From Pristiophorus japonicus (lineage: Eukaryota): a DNA stretch of 64,000 bases. A model generated the notes under the pieces. That model was not told where the DNA came from and made no database searches. It saw only the letters and a list, made by a program, of their open reading frames with translations. Shown one piece after another: positions 47,860 through 61,485 of the stretch (position 1 is the stretch's first letter; every line of letters begins with the position of its first letter). Position numbers and translations under genes: made by a program. Location of the stretch: positions 166,966,001 to 167,030,000 of the forward strand of contig NC_091980.1 of the NCBI RefSeq assembly GCF_044704955.1, read 5' to 3'.

Positions 47860-48348
47860 TTTGTGTTGATTTGGATATCCCTTGCAAGTTTCTTTTCATA
47901 CTCCCTTTTGGTAGCTCTTACAATCTGTTTGGTGACACTTTGCTGTTCTTTGTATCTTTCCCATTGGCTGGGATCTGTGCATTTTACTATGCCTTCTCTT
48001 TTTGTTTTATGCTGTCCCTCACCTCTTTAGTCGTCCATGGCTGTTTTTTTTGGCAAGTAGAGCTCTTGCCCCTCATGGGCATAAACTGGTTCTGTATCAC
48101 CTTGAATTCTTTTTTAAACATCTCCCACTGATCTCCTGCCATTTCAGCCATTAACAGATTTGGCAAGTTTACTGTGTACAGTCTCTGGGGCCCACATTCA
48201 CCCCCGCTGGAAATGGGTCACACCTACCGTTTTTCTTGTGTTTTGGCAGCCACAATGGATATACAGTACCTCTTGTTATATCCTCTCTTATCATTGAAGT
48301 TATTTCATCCTTAATCACTAGGCTGCTCCTCCCCCACTGCCAGTTTCT

Positions 48349-48753
48349 ATAGGGGACCTCATGGAAACGTTTAAAATTCTGACGGGTTTAGACAGGTTAG
48401 ATGCAGGAAGAATGTTCCCAATGTTGGGGAAGTCCAGAACCAGGGGTCACAGTCTGAGGATAAGGGGTAAGCCATTTAGGACCGAGATGAGGAGAAACTT
48501 CTTCACCCAGAGAGTGGTGAACCTGTGGAATTCTCTACCACAGAAAGTAGTTGAGGCCAATTCACTAAATATATTCAAAAGGGAGTTAGATGAAGTCCTT
48601 ACTACTCGGGGGATCAAGGGTTATGGCGAGAAAGCAGGAAGCGGGTACTGAAGTTTCATGTTCAGCCATGAACTCATTGAATGGCGGTGCAGGCTAGAAG
48701 GGCTGAATGGCCTGCTCCTGCACCTATTTTCTATGTTTCTATGTTTCTATGTT
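48349..48753 (+). mobile_element. Young CR1 3' end nested in older CR1
   Basis: ORF 48361..48651 intact; (TTTCTATG)3 tail. Confidence 0.92.
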
Positions 48754-49784
48754 TCCCCATCCTTCCTGTAGACCTTATAACCGGGTATATTTAGTTCCCA
48801 ATCCTACCATCTTGCAGCCATGTCTCAGTAATGGCTGCCATGTCATACCCTCCAATGTGAATTTGTGCCTGCAATTCATTCAATTTATTCCTTATACTCT
48901 GTGCGTTTGTATAAAGAATGCTTATCGGGCCACACATCCCAGTCTGTCCTTCGGCCCTAATGTTTTACTCACTTGTTTCTTATTTCTCCCTCCTGGTTTA
49001 ATCACTTTATATCATTTAGTTTTCCCTTTACATGTAGTGCTAAAGCACAATTTCTGACTGTTACTCTACTCTCTTCCCTTGCGTTTGTTTTTGAACTAGT
49101 ATTTGCACTGCAATTTCCACCTGAGCCCTTCCCGCCCACATTTACAAGTTTAAAGTCCTTGTGACCGCCCTATATCCTTTCTGCTAGGATAATAGTCCCA
49201 GACCGGTTCAGGTAATAGATTTGCACAAGACAATGATTAGGCCACAAAATACTTAAAGCCACAGGGAACAACAAAGGTAGATTCATCAGGATGATACCAA
49301 GGATGGAAAACTATAGTCACAAGAAGACTTGAGATACTGGGACTAGTTCCACTGGAACAGAGAAAGTTAAGATAATTTGAAGAGGTTTTATTTTAATTAT
49401 GAAGGATTTTGATATGAAGAGGGAATGACTTTTTTCTGGTTGGGCTGTCAATGACATGGGTCATCAGTTTAAATAAAGTGAGGACGGAGGTTAACAAAAA
49501 CTCCTTTAAAGATGGGGTTGTTGTAATATGGAATGGTTGAGGTATATACCATTGCATATTTTAAACGGTTATATATTTGAAGCAGAGAGTGATGCAGGGT
49601 TGTAAGGAGAGCGTGAGACAGTGAGATTAGTTTTGATTGCTCTAACGCAAACCCAGTACAGCCATGATGAGCCGAATGGCTTCCTCTGTGGTGTAAATGT
49701 CTACAAGGAACAACTCGGGAAGGGGAGGGGATGGACAACGTGGGGGTTGTTGTTTTTTTGACAGACGTTTGTGCACATAATCTA

Positions 49785-49958
49785 AGCAGTGCTGAGGGGA
49801 GTTCTCCCAGTGACCTGGCCAACATTCATCCCTCGACCAACAGATGATCTGGTTATTATCACTTTGCTGTTTGTGGGAGCTTGCTGTGCGCAAATTGACT
49901 GCCTCAATTCCAACATTACAACAGTGACTACACTTCAAAAGTACTTCATTGGCTGTAA
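49785..49958 (+). mobile_element. SacSINE1-like fragment
   Basis: Deu-domain 3' part. Confidence 0.75.
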
Positions 49959-50645
49959 CAGATATTTTAAATGCACATTCTTTCATCCTTTCCTCTCTTT
50001 CTACTTTGGGTTGAGGATACCTCGCCGTCAGTGGGTCAGGACCAAGTCTGCAGACCCTTACTGGGTTCTTCCTCTGCTATGTGCTTTGATGCATCAACTT
50101 GCTGCACTGCTGGGCTGTCTGCTGCTGAGTTTCTGGAAACGACTGCCTATGCCAAATCTGCTGCAGGAAACAGCCACACAGGCCCATACTTTCTCGTTAA
50201 GAGTTGTGAAAGTGTTTATTAATCAGTGAAATCATTGATCACATCAACACCAGTCATTTATTCCATGATAAGAGTTCCCATCTCTCAAAACTCCTTTTTT
50301 CCCAGAGTTGTTGTTAGCTGGTGGCTGCCATTGTCAGCACTTCCTGTTATCCTTGGACACTTCCTGTTGTCTTTGGACCCTACCTTCCTTTCGTTTTCCT
50401 CTTGCTTCGTGCTGAACATCGTGGCCTTCCCTCTTGTATTATCTGGAAAGGCCTGATTTCCCCAAGTGTTTCCTGTTGGATTAAACAGTTGTACCCTGGT
50501 ACATGGAAGCTGCTGTCCCTTAAAGCAAAATAAATGCAGGCTCCGTGATTCCTCACTCACTGAGGGAGTTCAATGTGTAAGTTATTGTGTAGGTTGAGAC
50601 TGAAATAGGTGAATAAACTGGCGACTGACAACATTCCCATTGCTT

Positions 50646-51695
50646 CATAGAAACATAGAAAATAGGTGCAGGAGTAGGCCATTTGGCCCTTCGAGCCTGC
50701 GCCACCATTCAATAAGATCATGGCTGATCATTCCCTCAGTATCCCTTTCCTGCTTTCTCTCCATACCCCTTGATCCTCTTAGCTGTAAAGACCATATCTA
50801 ACTCCCTCTTGAATATATCCAATGAACTGGCATCAACAACTCTCTGCGGCAGGAAATTCCACAGGTTAACAACTCTCTGAGTGAAGAAGTTTCTCCTCAT
50901 CTCAGTCCTAAATGACCTACCCCTTATCCTAAGACTGTGTCCCCTGGTTCTGAACTTCCCCAACATCGGGAACATTCTACCCACACCTAACCTGCACCGT
51001 CCCGTCAGAATTTTGTATGTTTCTATGAGATCCCCTCTCATCCTTCTAAACTCCAATGTATAAAGGCCCAGTTGATCCAGTCCCTCCTCATATGTCAGTC
51101 CTGCCATCCCGGGAATCAGTCTGGTGAACCTTCGCTGCACTCCCTCAATAGCAAGAACGTCCTTCCTCAGATTAGGAGACCAAAACTGAACACAATATTC
51201 TAGATGAGGCCTCACCAAGGCCCTGTACAACTGCAGTAAGACCTCCCTGCTCCTATATTCAAATCCCCTAGCTATGAAGGCCAACATGCCATTTGCCTTC
51301 TTCACCGCTTGCTGTACCTGCATGCCAACCTTCAATGACTGATGAACCATGACACCCAGGTCTCGTCGCACCTCCCCTTTTCCTAATCTGTCACCATTCA
51401 GATAATATTCTGTCTTCGTGTTTTTGCCCCCGAAGTGGATAACCTCACATTTATCCACATTATACTGCATCTGCCATGCATTTGCCCACTCACCTAACCT
51501 GTCCAAGTCCCCCTGCAGCCTCCTAGTGTCCCCCTCACATCTCACACCACCACCCAGTTTAGTGTCATCTGCAAACTTGGAGATATTGCACTCAATTCCT
51601 TCATCCAAATAATTAATGTATATTGTAAAGAGCTAGGGTCCCAGCACTGAGCCCTGCGGCACCCCGCTAGTCACTGCCTGCCATTCTGAAAAGGA
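50646..51695 (-). mobile_element. Young 5'-truncated CR1 LINE with uninterrupted 290-aa ORF2 C-terminus (50736..51608)
   Basis: SKFADDTKLGG...RPHLEYCVQFWSP...RRNFFTQRVVNLWN; (CATAGAAA)n tail. Confidence 0.95.
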
Positions 51696-51714
51696 AGATG
51701 AGTGGAGAATGTGC

Positions 51715-52430
51715 TAACTCAACTATTCCCAGTACTCATCCCAACTCTAAATTATTCCCAATCCCAGTTGATAGATCAAATCATTAAAAGCTAGTAGACA
51801 GGTACAAAAGTAATCAAAAGTGCTAATGGAGTGCCGTCCTTTATCACAAGAATACTGTGTTCAGTTCTGGGCACTGCACCTCAGGAAGGTTATATTGGCC
51901 TTGGATATGGGGTGCAGCACAGATTCACCAGACTGATGGCTCAGAGGGTTTAGTTATGAGGACAGGTTTCATAAACTTGGCCTGTATTCCCCTAAGGATA
52001 GAAGATTAAAGCGTGATCTGATTGAGGTGTTTAAAATGTTAAAGGGATTTGATGGGTAGATATAGAGAAACTATTTCCTCTGGTGGGGGAATCAAGAACA
52101 AGGTCCTCTAAACTATTCCCAGTACCCATCACAGCACAAAACTATTCCCAGTACTCATCACCAATTTTCCTGTTAAGCCATGCGGCGGACTGGAGGTCCT
52201 GTGCAGGCCGGCTCACCGGCTTTTAAATGGATAGACCGTGCATGTGCGTAAATTTGAATGCGGCGTGCAATCTGTTAAAGAGGCCGCCCATCCAAAAATA
52301 TTAGAGGGAACAATGCCCATCGCGAAACTATTCCGACCATGCATCCCATCTTTAAACAATTTCCAGTATTCATCGCATCTCCTAAACTATTCTCATTGCC
52401 CATCACCGCTGATAAACTAATACCAGTGCA
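51715..52430. repeat. ~30-bp minisatellite (AAACTATTCCCAGTACTCATC) interrupted by a CR1 fragment (51770-52105) and a DNA-transposon end (~52160-52315)
   Basis: The unit recurs in three blocks; TTAGAGGGAACAATG is a hAT-like terminus. Confidence 0.65.
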
Positions 52431-52600
52431 TTAATTATATATTGAAAGAGTCAATATCGTTATTAAAGTCTATTTTAAAATGTCACACAATAATACAAAA
52501 TGACTAACTCTGACTGATTTCTTATTCCTGGTCCCCGGTCTGATGCTCAGGCTAACTGTAGCATTCTAAGCAACTCTGAAAGAGATGTGCTAACACCACA

Positions 52601-52703
52601 CATCATCATCATCATCATCATCATCATAGGCAGTCCCTCAGGTTCGAGGAAGACTTGCTTCCACTCCTGAGATGAGTTCTCTGGTGGCTGAACAGTCCAA
52701 TAC
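52601..52703 (-). mobile_element. RTE 3' tail with (ATG)n microsatellite
   Basis: (CAT)n-AGGCAGTCCCTC...GAGGAAGACTTGCTTCCAC matches the 38089 tail. Confidence 0.85.
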
Positions 52704-52944
52704 AAGGAATGAAACACAAGACCTTCCAGATCTGTATGTGCCTCAGTACCGTACAGCACATGCCTTTACTCACTGAGGGATCTGAGGAGCTTGTGGAGCT
52801 TATTTCACTTTTGTGGGGACTGGACAGTACAAGCCTCTTGCATGACCTGAAGAATATGACATTGTAGGTTTCTTTGGTTTAGTACAGACTCGTGATGCCA
52901 CAATTTGACACTTCCTCGGTGTACTGGCTGTGGGAAAGTAAGGG

Positions 52945-55900
52945 ATAAGAATATAAGAAATAGGAGCAGGAGTAGGCCTTTTGGCCACGAGCTTGCTCCG
53001 CCATTTAATAAGATCATGGCTGATCTGATGTTGGGTTCAGCTCCACTTCCCTGCCTGCTCCCCAAAACCCTTTACACCCTTAGCGCTCAAAAGACTATTC
53101 AATGACCCAGCCTCCACAGCTCTCTGGGCCAGAGAATTCCACAGATTTACAACCCTCCGAGAGAAGAAATTCCTCCTCATCTCAGTTCTAAATGGGCGAC
53201 CCCTTATTCTTAAACTTTGTCGCCTAGTTCTAGAATCTTCCACAAGGGGAAACATCCTCTCTGCATCTACCTTGACGAGTCCCCTCAGTATCTTATATGT
53301 TTCAATATGATCACCTCTCATTCTTCCAATGAGTATAGGCACAACCTGCTCAACCTTTATTCATAAGTCAACCCCTTCATCTCAGGAATCAACCCAGTGA
53401 ACCTTCTCTGAACAGCCTCTAATGCAAGTATATCCTTCCTTAAATATGGAGACCAAAACTGTGCACAGTACTCTCGGTGTGGCCTCACCAATACCCTGTA
53501 CAGTTGTAGCAGGACTTCCCTGCTTTTATACTCCATCCCCCTTTCAATAAAGGCTAACATTCCATTTGCCTTTCTAATTAATTTCTGTACCTGTATATTA
53601 ACTTATTGTGTTTCATGCACAAGGACCCCTAGGTCCCTCTGTACTGCAGCATTTTGTAATCTCTCTCCATTTAAATAATAATTTGCTTTTATATTTTTCC
53701 TCCCAAAGTGGATAATCTCACACTTTCCCACATTGCACTCCATCTGCCAAATGTTTGCCCACTCACTTAGCCTGTCTATATCCCTTTGCAGATTCTTTGT
53801 GTCCTCCTCATAACTTGCTTTCCCACCCATCTTTGTATCATCAGCAAACTTGGCTACATTACACTCGGTCCCTCCATCCAAGTCATTAATATAGATTGTA
53901 AATAGTTGAGCACCGATCCCTGTGGCACCCCACTAGTTACCGTTTGTCAACTGGAAAATGACCCATTTATCCCGACTCTCTGTTTTCTGTTAGTTAGTCA
54001 ATCCACTATCCATGCTAATATATTACCCCCAACCCCGTGAGCTCTTATCTTGTGCAGTAACCTTCTATGTGGCACCTTATCGAATGCCTTCTGGAAATCC
54101 AAATACACCACATCCACTGGTTCCCCCTTATCCACCCTGCTTGATACATCCTCAAAGAACTCCAGCAAATTTGTCAAACATGATTTCCCTTTCATAAAAC
54201 CATGCTAACTCTGCTTGACTGCATTATGATTTTCCAAATGTCCTGCTACTGCTTCCTTAATAATTGACTCTAGCATTTTCCCAATGACAGATGTTAAGCT
54301 AACTGGTCTATAGTTTCCTGCTTTCTGTCTCCTTTTTTAAATAGGGGCGTTACATTTGCAGTTTTCCAATCCACTGGGACCTCTCCAGACTCCAGGGAAT
54401 TTTGGTAGATTACAACCAACGAATTAATTATCTCTGCAGCCACTTCTATTAAAATCCTAGGATGCAGGCCATCAGGACCAGGGGACTTTTTCATCTTTAG
54501 TTCTATTATTTTACTGAGTACATTTTCTTTAGTGATAGTGATTGTTTCAAGTTCCTCCCCGCCCTAGAGCCCTTTGATTATCTATTATAGGGATGTTTTA
54601 GTGTCTTCTACCATGAAGACTGATACAAAATATTTGTTCAAAGTCTCTGCCATTTCCCTGTTCCTCATTATTAATTCCCCAGTCTCACTCTCTAAGGGAC
54701 CAACATTTACTTTAGCTACCCTCTTCCTTTTTATATACCTGTAGAAGCTCTTTCTATCTGTTTTTATATTATTTTTTTAGTCATCCTTTGCTATCTCATT
54801 ACACAGTACCAGATCTAAGATAGCATTGGTTCCACAACGTACTGTTCAAGGAAACCATCTCGGATACACTATGAACCCTTCCTCAAGGCTATCTTGGCCA
54901 ATTTGATTTGTCCAATCAATGTGAAGATTAAAATCGCCCATGATTATTGCTGTACGTTTCTTACAAGCCTCTATTATTTCTTGATTTATACTCTGTCCAA
55001 CAGTGTAGCTACTGTTAGTGGGCCTATAGATTATGCCCACCAGTGACTTCTTCTCCTTATTATTTCTTATCTCCACCCAAACTAATTCTACATCTTGATC
55101 TTCTGAGCCAATATCATTTCTCACTATTGCACTGATCCCATCCTTTATTAACAGAGCTACCCCACCTCCTTTTCCTTTCTGTCTATCCTTCCAAATTGTC
55201 AAATACCCCTGAATATTCAGTTCCCAGCCTTGGTCACCATGTGTAACCACATCTCTGTAATGGCTATCAGTTCATACCCATTTATTTCTAGTTGTGCCGT
55301 CAACTCATCTATCTTGTTACGAATGCTGCGTGCATTCAGATAAAGAGCTTTTAATTTTATTTTGTTACCATTTTTTTCCTGCTTTGACCCCACTTTCTGA
55401 TACACTCTTATTTTTATACATTCTGTCCCTTCATGTCGCACTCTGGTTATCATTTCCCGCACTGCTATCCTGCTTTATCGTCTCCTCCTTTCTCCTTGAC
55501 TTTTTAAATTTCCGCTCACTTGAACCCTCCCCCCTACTATTTAGTTTAAAGCCTTCTCTACAACCCTAGTTATTCGATTCGCCAGGACACTAGTTCCAGT
55601 TCAAGTGAAGCCCATCCCAACAGAACAGCTCCCTCTTACCCCAGTACTGGTGCCAATGTGCCAGGAATTGAAACCCATTTCTCCCACACCAGTCTTCGAG
55701 CTATGCGTTTATCTCTCTGATCTTATTTACCTTATGGCAATTTGCTCATGGCTCAGGTAGTAATCCAGAGATTATTACCTTTGTGGTTCTGCTTTTTAAT
55801 TTTGTCCCAAGCTGTTCCTACTCCCTCAGTAGAAACTCTTTCTTTGTCCCACCTATGTCATTGGTACCTACGTGGACCATGACAACTGGATTTTCCCCCT

Positions 55901-56720
55901 GCCACTCCAAGTTCCTCTCCAGCCCAGAGGAGTTTTCCTTAACCCTGGCAACACAGCCTTCGGGACTCTCGCTCTTGGCTGCAGAGAACAGTATCTATCC
56001 CTCTAATGATACTGTCCCCTACCACTACAACGTTTCTTTTTACTCCCCCCACTTGAATGGCCCTCTGTACCACGGTGCTGTGGTCAGTTTGCTCATCCTC
56101 CCTGCAGTCTCTGCTCTCGTTCACACAGGGAATAAGAACCTCGTACCTGTTAGACAATTGCAAGGGCTGAGGCTCCTCCATCACTACCTCCTGGGTCTCC
56201 ATATCTCCCTCACTCGTAGTCACACCCTCCTGTCCCCAACCACAGATCAAATTTGAATTATTTAACCTAAGGCGTGTGACTGCCTCCAGGAACACAGCTT
56301 CCAGGTAACTCTTATCCTTCCCTGATGTGTCACAGTGTTTGAAGCTTGGACTCCAGTTCATCAACACTGAGCTGAAGTTCCTTGAGCTGCAGACACTTAC
56401 TGCAGATGTGGTCGCTGTGGACCTCCATGGTGTCCACCAGCTCCCACATGCAGCAGCAGTAACACATCGTGCCATCTCTAATGTATTTAATTAATTAAGT
56501 TTTGAATGTTTGGTTTTAATCCCAGCTTTTAATTAAAACCAATGGCCAAGAAAAGAGAGAATAACTGACCAACCAATCACTTCCCTGCTTTCCTGTGATG
56601 TCACACTTGGATTCTTTTTAGTTCTGATCCTCCGAGGACAGTTGGTGCTGGTTGGGCCTAGCTCCTTTTATCTCCCGCTGGGCTGCAGGTTTCACGCTGT
56701 TTTCGGGCTCCTTTTATCTC
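52945..56720 (-). mobile_element. Near full-length CR1 LINE: ORF1 (zinc-finger/leucine-zipper + SGNH esterase) and ORF2 (APE + RT), degenerate, internal deletion near 54790
   Basis: ORF1: MWELVD...HICSKCLQLKEL and VVVVGDSIIRG. ORF2: LYLNARSIRNKIDEL...AITE, GDFN, KSPGPDGLHPR, DFQKAFDKV, FADDTK. 5' boundary approximate. Confidence 0.93.
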
Positions 56721-56779
56721 CTGTTTGGGGCTACATCTCCCTATATTCCGAATCATCGTATGCAATTTAATGGGTAGTA

Positions 56780-56970
56780 ACATAGGAACAGGAGTAGGCC
56801 ATTCAGCCCCTCGAGCCCGTTCCGCCATTCAGTAAAATCCTGTCTGATCTGTAAACGAACTCAATCGCCTAGGTTCCCTTGCCTACCAAAAATCTATCAG
56901 TTTCACTTGAAATTTTCAATTGACTCTCAGCCTCAACAGCTTTTTGGGAGAGAGTTCCAGATTTCCATTA
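56780..56970 (-). mobile_element. CR1 LINE 3' end
   Basis: ACATAGGAACAGGAGTAGGCCATTCAGCCC. Confidence 0.8.
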
Positions 56971-57959
56971 TCCTGAGACATCACCGCTGAAATTAAGCAA
57001 TTTCCAATGCAGAGCAGTTCTTCAGTCTCCACTGGAATGCAGGAAGACATGGATTCTATACAGTCTGTATTAAACATTAGTAAACCATGGACCAAATCCA
57101 ATCTCTAATGGACATTAGCAAGCGGTGGATTATATCCAGTCTTCTTGCATGTCAGTAAAGCATGGTCTGTATTCAATAAACCTTGGTTGGTAGTGAGCCA
57201 TTGCAGAGATCCAATGTCTCTTGGACATATCCAATTTCTGTTGAACCTTAGTAAGCCGTGGATCACGCACTATGTTCCCACCCTCCACATCAGCAAGCTG
57301 GAAGGAATACTCAGTTTTATTTTGTCATTAGTCAATAATGCTGAGTCCAATACAGGAAACCGCACCGCATTCGGCTATCAGATTCAAGATGTGTCCTTAG
57401 AATCCAGGAGAAAGTCATCCTTGTCGCCAACTTGAAATCATTCTGTCTCTTTATATGGCTAAGGAAGTATAAGGGATTTAATGGAGAAAACCCTCTATAA
57501 AAGAAGCCATTCCGCAAAAATATCCAAACAATGAACATTTGATCAGGAGATCTAACCAGCAGTTCACAAGATCGGTACAGACGAGAGATGTCAATTGACC
57601 CAACTCAGCTTATCCATTTGAAAGAACTTAGTCACCCCCCCAACACAGAGTTATATCATCCATTTTCTGAAATGATTCCAGGGTTTTACCTGCACCATGC
57701 TACCCTGAAGTCCATTCCATGTATTGATCACTCTTTGTGTGAAGAACAACTTCCTAACATGCTAAATTTGCTCTTCACTGGTCAGAACCTGTACTTTCTT
57801 GTCCTACTATCATGTTTCCGATTGAAGTAGTGTTCTGGCCATTAGAGAGGGGAGACCATTGTTCTCCACTCTATACTGAATCAATCAAGAAGTGATACCT
57901 TTATTACATTCTGTCTGCATTCACCATCGGCTCTGAGGGGAATTTGCTCCAACATGCCA

Positions 57960-58135
57960 AGCCGATCTCAGCCAGAATAGTAGCAGTAGAGTGCCACAAT
58001 CGACCTCGGTGCCCCTTGGCTGGATACGGAGAAAACCAACCATACTTGCCACTCCTGATGGCTCTCTAATAAGTTCCACTGTATGGAAACTAGACTGTGA
58101 TGCCCTCAGTGATCGAATAGCCTGCACATACTTAA
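57960..58135 (+). mobile_element. AmnSINE2-like fragment
   Basis: GATCTCAGCC...ACAATCGACCTCGGTGCCCC...CTGTGATGCCCTC...CGAATAGCCTGC. Confidence 0.55.
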
Positions 58136-58574
58136 GCAGAGAAATAACAGTTGGAAATATTATTGGAAAGATGCTTAACATTTGCACATGTTTTATTGAA
58201 GCCGTTAATTCATTTGATAACGGACCGAGGAAGATGTTGAGCATTCATTCACTAGTATCAGAAACGACCATTTCTGGACTTTGTGTCAAATTAAAAATTC
58301 CCAACCTTGTGTTTAAGTCCTTCTGTGACTTGATCTGTCCCTTTCTCTGTAATCTCCAGTGCTGCAAGTCAACCCCTCCCCTGAATTCTCCCTTCCTCTG
58401 ATCCCTGCCGCTTATGTAATCCCACCCCATTCCATTTCCTACACTCTCCCTAAACCACCTCCGCCTGAATACCTCCAAGACCCTACTTAAAACCCATCTC
58501 TGACCTCACCCCAAATATTTCCTTTGGGGATGCCACCTATTTTTTTTTCTTATGCCTCTGTGAAGCACTTGGAA

Positions 58575-59005
58575 TCATAGAATCCTACACCACAAAAGAA
58601 GACCATTTAACCCATCCTGCCTGTGCCAGCTCTTTGAAAGAGCTCTCCAAATTAGTCCCACTCCCCTGCTCTTTCCCCATAGTCCTGCAATTTATCCCCT
58701 TCAATTATTTCTCCAATTCCCTTCTGAAAGTTGCTATTGAATCTGCTTCCACCAGCCCTTCAGGCAGTGCATTCCAGATCATAACTCGCTGAGTAAAAGA
58801 ATTTCACCTCATCGCGCCACTGAGCCTTTTGCCAGTTATCTTAAATCTGTCTCTTCTGGTAACCGACCCTCCTACGACTTGAAACAGTTTCTCCTTATTT
58901 ACTCTATCAAAAACCTTCATAATTTTGAACACCTCTATTAAATTTCTCCATAACCGTCTCTGCTCTGAGGAGAACAATCCCAGTTTCTCCCATCTCTCCA
59001 TTTAA
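58575..59005 (-). mobile_element. CR1 LINE 3' end
   Basis: ORF 58804..59001: EKLGLFSSEQRRL...IEVFKIMK. Confidence 0.88.
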
Positions 59006-59011
59006 CTTTGT

Positions 59012-59232
59012 TAAAGAAAGAAAGACTTGCATTTATATAGCGCCTTTCACAACCACCGGCTGCCTCAAAGCGCTTTACAGCCAATGAAGTATTTTGGAGT
59101 GTAGTCACTGTTGCAATGTGGGAAAGCGGCAGCCAATTTGCGCACAGCAAATTCCCACAAACAGCAATGTGATAATGACCAGACAATCTGTTTTTGATGA
59201 GGGATAAATATTGACCAGGACACCAAGGATAA
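59012..59232 (-). mobile_element. SacSINE1-like SINE 3' half
   Basis: Tail match. Confidence 0.85.
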
Positions 59233-60704
59233 TGCTAGATAAATATGAGCTGCTTCACCCATGAAGAGCAGTAACTTGGTGAAGGTATTTGGAGGCCACT
59301 GGTTGCTCACGGAACCAACCTCTGCAGGAGAGGAGACAAACAGAAAGTGAACATATCGGTACCCAAAGGGTTAACCAGTGCTCTGAGCCCATCGTAAATA
59401 ATAGGCTTCACAACACTATGGAGACTGAGCTTATAACGAGGGATTGTGTTACTGTGAATAAGATGTGTTGGTGCACTCTAACCAAACTCTGAAATAATTG
59501 TGGTTCAGATACTTTGCCAACAGCTCGACTAATGAAATCAAAATATTTATTGAAAGAAACGTGGGCTCAAAATTGGCCTCGACTTACATGAGACTGTTTC
59601 CACTGGCGTTTGATGAGTGTAGCAGGCTCTGCCTCATGCTTTTTGGGGAATAAAATGTTTATTTTTGATTTTTTTTCCCCCGTTACTCGTAAATCGTGCT
59701 CGGTCAAATATTTAACTTTTTTTTTTCTTCCTCCCTCATCATCCCGGGGGGCTTCGTTACATAACTTTCCCCGTCCCTTTTCTACGGGAAATGTTAGCGG
59801 AGGAGAGCAAGGGCAGCCAGTGTGCTTGGCTTCCCAGTTAGCCTGTCCTCGCTATCGACAAACAAAATATTTTGCTAAGGAAGAGAAAGGCCATCGCAAT
59901 ATAGTGTTTGTCAGGGTAGTCATCTGTGTTTCTTTGTGTTGGCTGCCGATAGCGGGCCTCGTGTTTATATAAGGAAATCATTATGCTTGGCTCTCTCCAG
60001 GCCAGCAATTAACTTTTCCACTGGGACAAGAAACGAACATTCTTTGACTCCAAGCAAGTTGTTTAGCTGCCACTTGGGGGTCTGTCTAATCGTCCTGTAT
60101 TTGTTCAGCTGGGCCGTGCAGGGATTGGTTCCTGCAGGGACCAGGCTGCTCTGCTGCTGCTTTCATGCTGTTAATTAATCTCAATTCCAAGAGTTTCAAC
60201 AAGCGGGCTCTGCTTATATAACGACAGCACAAATCGTTCTTAATTGGGCCAAAATAGATCCTCGTTACTGTCTGCGGAGACTCGAGGAATATGGGGAGGG
60301 GGAAGAGGGCAGCCAAGGCGTTACAGGATGGAAACCTTTCTCAGCTGGCACGATCGCTGCCCACGATTAAATAGGCAGCCTTCCAGCAGAGACCCGCAGC
60401 AACTGTAACTGAGTCTATTGAGCAGCGCTCTGGAGCCTTTCCCGCCCCCCCCGTCAGTCCTTGTCCCCCTAGACCCTTGCTCTCGGTTCCCAGTCGGACT
60501 GCCCAAAGCAATCTGCTATAGCTGCATGTTCCGAGATGCACCATCAATGGCGTCAATTGTTACCCTCACTCCCCCCCCCCCCCCCTCGCCATTGAAGGCT
60601 GTTGCTTTAGTCACCGCTCACCCACGCCCCCAGAATTCTCTCTCGAAGGCATTTCCCGTGGCAATGTCCTTCCCTTCCCATCTTCAAACCAAAGAAAGGA
60701 AGTC

Positions 60705-61150
60705 AAAAACCTTGCATTTCTATAGCACCTTTCGCGACTTCAGAACATCCTAAGGTGCTTTACAGCCCATGAAGTACTTTTTTGAAGTTTAGTCACTGTT
60801 GCAAAGCAAAAAACGTGGCAGGCATTTTTCACATAGCAAGATCCCACAAAGAAAGCAATATGATAATGCTCAGATAATCTATTTTCGTGGTGTTGACTAA
60901 GGGATATATATGGGCCAGGACAACGGGAAGAAGACCCCTGCTCTTCAAAGTACTGCCATGAGATCTTTTACGTCCAAAGGGGGCCACAGTTTAACGTCTC
61001 ATCCGAAAGCCGGCACCTTCGGCAGTGCAGCACACCCTCAGTACTGCACTGGAGGGTCAGAATAGGTTTGAGCTCCAGTTTTTGGAGTGGGACTTGAATC
61101 CACGACCTTCTGACTCCCAAATCTAGAGCGCAAACAACTGAGCCAAAGCT
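60705..61150 (-). mobile_element. SacSINE1-like SINE, near full length
   Basis: Head, core and tail. Confidence 0.85.
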
Positions 61151-61485
61151 TCCAAATAAGCCTCTCTTTGACCATGCCTTTGGTCTACATCATCATTAAT
61201 TTTTCAACTTCTCTGCCTTATAACGAGGAGCAAGTAGATTGAGCCACTTGACTTATTTGGCTCTTATTTTTTTACCATGTTTTGCTCGATACGGTTTCAA
61301 TCTGCAGTCGAGCCGGGTAGGCTTGGGAGAGGGGTGCTGAGCATTTTTTGTGCATGGGCCCAAACCTGACCGAGCAGCCATGCTGGAAACAGCACTAAAT
61401 GTTACCCTTGTGCGCGGGGAATTACGTCCCAGCACGGACACCGTCTTTCACAGCCTTCACGTCAAAAATCCGGAGGGAAATTGGG

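Larger units (their letters stand above)
45370..49213 (-). mobile_element. Long degenerate CR1 LINE (endonuclease N-terminus through 3' end, with deletions) carrying nested insertions
   Basis: YTNAQSIRNKLNEL...AITETWL near 48910-48815; RT region 46000-46900; ORF 45646..45951; CATAGGAACAGG tail. Confidence 0.85.

Noticed and set aside
50285-50560. Possible host exon (charged 91-aa ORF)
   Set aside because: No recognisable homology and no convincing splice boundaries.
50736-51608. Host reverse-transcriptase gene or novel RT system
   Set aside because: Ordinary 5'-truncated CR1 ORF2 with a microsatellite tail; most RT motifs are missing.
52547-52759. Poly-Met protein
   Set aside because: The Met run is the (ATG)n tail of an RTE element.
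57040-57300. Structured RNA or array
   Set aside because: Appears to be a decayed ~35-bp tandem repeat with no further signal.
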